From: a virus
DNA length: 18,094 bases
UHGV virus genome: UHGV-0036730
Strand: one strand, 5' to 3'
The position numbers were made by a program, and so were the translations under genes. Positions 16,430-18,094 of this stretch are shown here, one piece after another. The notes under the pieces are model-generated. The model searched no databases. It was given only the letters and a program-made list of their open reading frames with translations, and was not told the DNA's origin. Within the stretch, counting starts at the first letter, position 1. Every line of letters starts with the position of its first letter.

Positions 16430-17178
16430 TTCATTTTCACGGTGGTCCAATAACTCCCGATACCTGTGCGTTGAAAGCCTGGAAAGGCAGACACGCATTC
16501 ATCAGTTTTGCTAATCCAGCTCAGATTGATCTGGCTTCCGAAGTCACCCAATCATTTGCTCTTGATAATGGTGCATTCACATTCTGGACAAAAAACAAGG
16601 CCATAGACTGGAATGAATATTACAGATTTGTTGAACGCTGGGGTAATCACCCTCGTTTCTCATTCGCGGTTATCCCGGATGTTATCGGCGGAACCAGTGA
16701 AGAGAATGACGCCCTGATTGCGGCATGGCCTCACGGTAAATTTATTGGTGCTCCGGTGTGGCACATGAACGAACCAGATGAGCGATTTATTCGTCTGTGC
16801 CATGAGTTTCCCCGCGTCTGCATCGGCTCGATGGGGGAATACGATGCAAAACGACCGAGAGCGTGTCGGGCTAAACTACGCGATCTTATACGTCATGTTG
16901 TAGATCAGTACGGCTACCCAATCACCAAGATTCATGGGTTACGGATGTTAAATAAAGACATTTTTACTCATGTACCGCTTTCGTCTGCAGACAGCACGAA
17001 CGTCGCAAGAAATATAGGCATCGACAAATCCTGGGTAGGTTCGCCATATGCTCCCGCAAGTAAAGAAACCCGTACGCAAGTTCTTGTGGAACGCATTGAA
17101 TCATTCAACAGTGCCAGTTCACTTAATTACAACGCTGAACGGGACGTCTTTACCCCTCAACTGGCATTCGAAGTGTGA
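16426..17178 (+). CDS. Conserved phage early protein of unknown function, 250 aa (tentative TGT/DpdA-like motif, see findings)
   Basis: Track ORF; translationally coupled upstream and downstream. Contains ALDNGAFTFW, reminiscent of the transglycosylase DSGGFQ motif, but the assignment is speculative. Confidence 0.5.
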   Translation: MIHFHGGPITPDTCALKAWKGRHAFISFANPAQIDLASEVTQSFALDNGAFTFWTKNKAIDWNEYYRFVERWGNHPRFSFAVIPDVIGGTSEENDALIAAWPHGKFIGAPVWHMNEPDERFIRLCHEFPRVCIGSMGEYDAKRPRACRAKLRDLIRHVVDQYGYPITKIHGLRMLNKDIFTHVPLSSADSTNVARNIGIDKSWVGSPYAPASKETRTQVLVERIESFNSASSLNYNAERDVFTPQLAFEV

Positions 17179-17185
17179 GGCCAAT

Positions 17186-17401
17186 ATGACAATAGAACAT
17201 AATAACGCCCTTCGCAGCATTGCCCGTCAGGCTAATTCTGAAATCAAAAAAGCCAGACAGCAGTTTCCGGATAAAAACGTCGATGACATTTGCCGTAGCG
17301 TACTGAAGAAGCACCGCGAAACGGTAACGCTGATGGGATTCACACCGACTCACTTAAGTCTGGCAATCGGTATGTTAAACGGCGTCTTTAAGGAACGGTG
17401 A
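17186..17401 (+). CDS. Hypothetical early protein, 71 aa
   Basis: Track ORF 17048..17401 trimmed to the ATG at 17186, which has a GAGG ribosome-binding site that overlaps the upstream stop. Confidence 0.4.
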   Translation: MTIEHNNALRSIARQANSEIKKARQQFPDKNVDDICRSVLKKHRETVTLMGFTPTHLSLAIGMLNGVFKER

Positions 17402-17499
17402 ACATGAAAAGCAAAATCATCAGGGAGCTACAGGCTCCTTTTTTATTATTCGCATTCACCCTCAAGCGTATTAACCAACAATTCAGGGATTAATGGAAG

Positions 17500-17721
17500 A
17501 TGGCAGACCTCATTGATTCAGCATCAGAAATTGAAGAATTACAGCGCAACACAGCAATAAAAATGCGCCGCCTGAACCACCAGGCTATATCTGCCACTCA
17601 TTGTTGTGAGTGTGGCGATCCCATAGATGAGCGAAGACGCCTGGCCGTTCAGGGTTGTCGGACTTGTGCAAGTTGCCAGGAGGATCTGGAGCTTATCAGT
17701 AAACAGAGAGGTTCGAAGTGA
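17500..17721 (+). CDS. TraR/DksA-family C4 zinc-finger protein (lambda Orf73-like)
   Basis: 73 aa with C-x2-C-x17-C-x2-C (CCECGDPIDERRRLAVQGCRTCASC), the same size and architecture as TraR. Confidence 0.65.
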   Translation: MADLIDSASEIEELQRNTAIKMRRLNHQAISATHCCECGDPIDERRRLAVQGCRTCASCQEDLELISKQRGSK

Positions 17722-18094
17722 GCGAAATTAACTATCAGGAACTGCGTGAAAAGGCAGAGAAAGCAACTAAAGGAAGCTACATCGTAGGGCATACATCTGT
17801 TAACCAGCACGGCAATTTAACAGGAGTTTTTGTTTGTCAAAAATGGAAAGGAGAACCCGGTGGCGTGATTGCCGAATGTCATGTTAACTGCCTGATTGAA
17901 TCAGATGCTCAGGCTTATGCAAACGCTGAATTTATAGCAGATGCTAACCCAGCTACCGTACTGGCGCTACTGGATGAACGGGAAAGAAACCAGCAATACA
18001 TCAAACGCCGCGACCAGGAGAACGAGGATATTGCGCTTACGGTTGGGAAGCTGAGAGTTGAGCTTGAGGAGACAAAATCAAAACTCAACGAGCA
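17718..18094 (+). CDS. Ea22-like early protein (5' part; continues beyond the window end)
   Basis: GTG at 17718 overlaps the TraR-like stop. N-terminus SEINYQELREKAEKATKGSYIV… resembles recalled Ead/Ea22-like prophage proteins; coiled-coil-like tail. No stop codon before the window end. Confidence 0.4.
   Translation, partial: MSEINYQELREKAEKATKGSYIVGHTSVNQHGNLTGVFVCQKWKGEPGGVIAECHVNCLIESDAQAYANAEFIADANPATVLALLDERERNQQYIKRRDQENEDIALTVGKLRVELEETKSKLNE

Noticed and set aside
1-18094. CRISPR arrays, IS elements/transposases, integrase or att sites
   Set aside because: No regularly spaced direct repeats, no transposase or integrase-like ORFs, and no terminal inverted repeats were seen; the window appears to be internal to the prophage.

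Overview
This window reads as the early, immunity and late-control region of a lambdoid (lambda / phage 21 / Stx-phage-like) prophage, most likely from E. coli or a close relative. All calls rest on reading the six-frame translations and the DNA by eye and on recalled protein families; no database search was run. Minus strand, in transcription order: cro (8883..9086), a cII-position ORF, a repeat-rich candidate origin, a helicase + zinc-ribbon/TOPRIM primase replication module, a Nin region (DUF1367-like, NinG, NinH), a phage-21-type antiterminator Q, a tR'-like terminator, a 95-aa ORF, the sialate O-acetylesterase nanS-p (interrupted by a 10-N gap with duplicated 37-nt flanks), two small ORFs, and the 5' part of a phage-21-type pinholin running off the window start. 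Plus strand: a lambda-like cI (9182..9895), then an AT-rich accessory island at the position lambda uses for rexAB, holding a small exported peptide and a translationally coupled ClpP/S49-fold serine peptidase + 56-aa partner cassette, with a convergent hicAB toxin-antitoxin pair on the minus strand. After an ORF-poor ~1 kb leader come Rha, small ORFs, Gam-like, a RecT-core recombinase with a Bet-like C-terminus, lambda-type Exo, a 250-aa unknown, a TraR/DksA-like zinc finger and a partial Ea22-like ORF. No stx genes, tRNAs, CRISPR arrays, integrase or IS elements were seen. The best candidate for an undescribed system is the peptidase + small-partner cassette.
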